This document shows, piece after piece, positions 49,910-51,112 of a stretch of 51,112 nt of DNA. Position 1 is the first letter of the stretch, and each line of letters opens with the position of its first letter. A model generated the notes under the pieces. That model was not told the origin of the DNA. It ran no database searches and saw only the letters and a program-made list of their open reading frames with translations. The DNA is from Actinomycetota bacterium. GTDB lineage: Bacteria; Actinomycetota; Actinomycetes; JAKEEW01. Location of the stretch: assembly GCA_046725875.1 (NCBI GenBank), contig JBKOZJ010000132.1, positions 1 to 51,112 on the forward strand. Reading direction: 5' to 3'. Position numbers and translations under genes: made by a program.

Positions 49910-50382
49910 GCGACTACCTCCTTGCGTTCTTTCGTACGAGAAAGGGACAGGCGTGTGCGGCTGCGCTGAATGAGCAGGTATGTCTCACACCCCAAGCAGA
50001 TTCCGAAGGCGGCGTTGAGGAACGCGGCGAACAGGGCTGCCGCGGTTGCCGTCACCCCGAGCGCGGTCGCACCAGACAGGTAGCCGACAGTGCCGACGGC
50101 CCCGAAGGCGAGACCCACGCCCTGGGCGAAGCGCACCGGCGCCCCGGCCTCTAGCGCCGTGGGTGGACCCAGGCGAGGGCGGATGGCGCGCCGGAAGAGG
50201 ACGGCGTACGGCGCGCGGCCAGCGCCGAAGACCACCGCGATCGCGAAGACCACTGCCTGTGCGGCGAGCAGCAGCGCGCTGGCGGTCAGCAGGACGGCGG
50301 CCAGGACGGCACTCGTCACCGCGGCGGCGAAGCGCGCGCCTCGTGGATCGACCCGATCCCGGGCCAAGGCAGTGACAGTCAT
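49906..50382 (-). CDS. DUF4395 membrane protein
   Basis: DPRG.RF.A, P.RFAQ.VG, LNAAFG.CLGC; AGGAG RBS; ATGA coupling to the rhodanese. Confidence 0.9.
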   Translation of the reverse strand: MTVTALARDRVDPRGARFAAAVTSAVLAAVLLTASALLLAAQAVVFAIAVVFGAGRAPYAVLFRRAIRPRLGPPTALEAGAPVRFAQGVGLAFGAVGTVGYLSGATALGVTATAAALFAAFLNAAFGICLGCETYLLIQRSRTRLSLSRTKERKEVVA

Positions 50383-50490
50383 GGTGGCATGCTCCTGACA
50401 GTCCAACGAGATCGAACGGACTCGGTCAGGACCGCGCAGACCCGGCGCAGCGCGCGGCGAATCGATCAGGTCAGGTCAGTGCGGTCCGCG

Positions 50491-50571
50491 TCAGGACATT
50501 TGACACAGGCAGGTGGCCACACGGCACAGGTCGACCGCGCGCCGCTTGGTGAGCAACACCTGCTTTCCCAC
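50491..50571 (-). CDS. Cys-rich leader peptide, Ms5788A-like (MGKQVLLTKRRAVDLCRVATCLCQMS)
   Basis: LTKRRAVDLCR signature, three Cys codons, TAGGCT -10 box 7 nt before GTG, upstream of DUF4395-rhodanese-sseC. Confidence 0.88.
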   Translation of the reverse strand: MGKQVLLTKRRAVDLCRVATCLCQMS

Positions 50572-50603
50572 GGGGACCAGCCTAGGCGGAATCTCCGATG
50601 GTG

Positions 50604-51065
50604 TCATTGGGGTCTCGATCGCTGAATCGGAGCGTCCTCAGGGGTGACCGCCACACCGATGGCGGCGATCACGTCTGCCTTGCGAGGTTGACCGCTGCCG
50701 CGACGGATCAATCGGCCTCTGCCGTCGAGGATGAGCACGGTGGGGACCCGGACGATGCCGAGCCGCCGGACGAGCTCGAGGTTGGCGTCGGCGTCGATCT
50801 CGACGTACTGCACGCCGTCGACCGTGTCGGCCATCTGCTGCAGGAGCTGCCGGGTCGCCCGGCACGGTTGGCAGAAGGCGGCCGAGAACTGCACCAAAGT
50901 TGCCCGCTCCCCGTGGCGCTGGCCGAGCTCATCCGGGGTGAGCAACGCGGTCGCCGGCTCGCCACGGGTGTCGGGTGGGGTAAGCCGCGGTCGCCGGAGC
51001 AGGTACGCGGCGGTGGTCGCGGCGCCCAGTGCCAGAGCAATGGCGATCAGGCCGGTGAGAGACAC
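50604..51065 (-). CDS. thiX: Membrane-anchored thioredoxin (ThiX-like)
   Basis: N-terminal TM helix, ATLVQFS..FCQPC, VPT; start uncertain. Confidence 0.85.
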   Translation of the reverse strand: MSLTGLIAIALALGAATTAAYLLRRPRLTPPDTRGEPATALLTPDELGQRHGERATLVQFSAAFCQPCRATRQLLQQMADTVDGVQYVEIDADANLELVRRLGIVRVPTVLILDGRGRLIRRGSGQPRKADVIAAIGVAVTPEDAPIQRSRPQ

Positions 51066-51112
51066 AACGAAACAAGCCTGCAACAAGCGGCCGCATCACG
51101 CCAGCCTGGGTG

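Overview
High-GC Actinomycetes chromosomal segment made almost entirely of conserved core genes. Order: trpS, proline dehydrogenase, TetR, radA-disA, mutY, clpC-lsr2-lysS, mmsA plus class III aminotransferase, rlmB-cysS-ispF-ispD-carD, senX3/regX3-phoU-gpmA, mshA, macro domain/AlaX/HbhA-like genes, asparaginase-rsiG-dtd-ygfZ-nur, and a thioredoxin-DUF4395-rhodanese-sseC sulfur operon. I saw no transposase, integrase, phage gene, CRISPR array, rRNA or tRNA, and I cannot support a wholly new multi-gene system. The notable signals lie mostly below the ORF track: (1) a Trp-Trp leader peptide with a complete attenuator before an auxiliary-type TrpRS carrying unusual active-site residues; (2) disA split by one in-frame TGA just after the cyclase domain; (3) a leaderless Cys-rich leader peptide with three mutually exclusive helices, one hiding the RBS of the sulfur operon; (4) a dispersed REP-like palindrome family, one copy supplying a gene's stop codon; (5) a 140-bp element with terminal inverted repeats; (6) two 33-aa membrane microproteins; (7) tandem duplications across stop codons; (8) about 18 apparently leaderless genes. 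All family assignments come from motif recognition and remembered synteny, not database searches.
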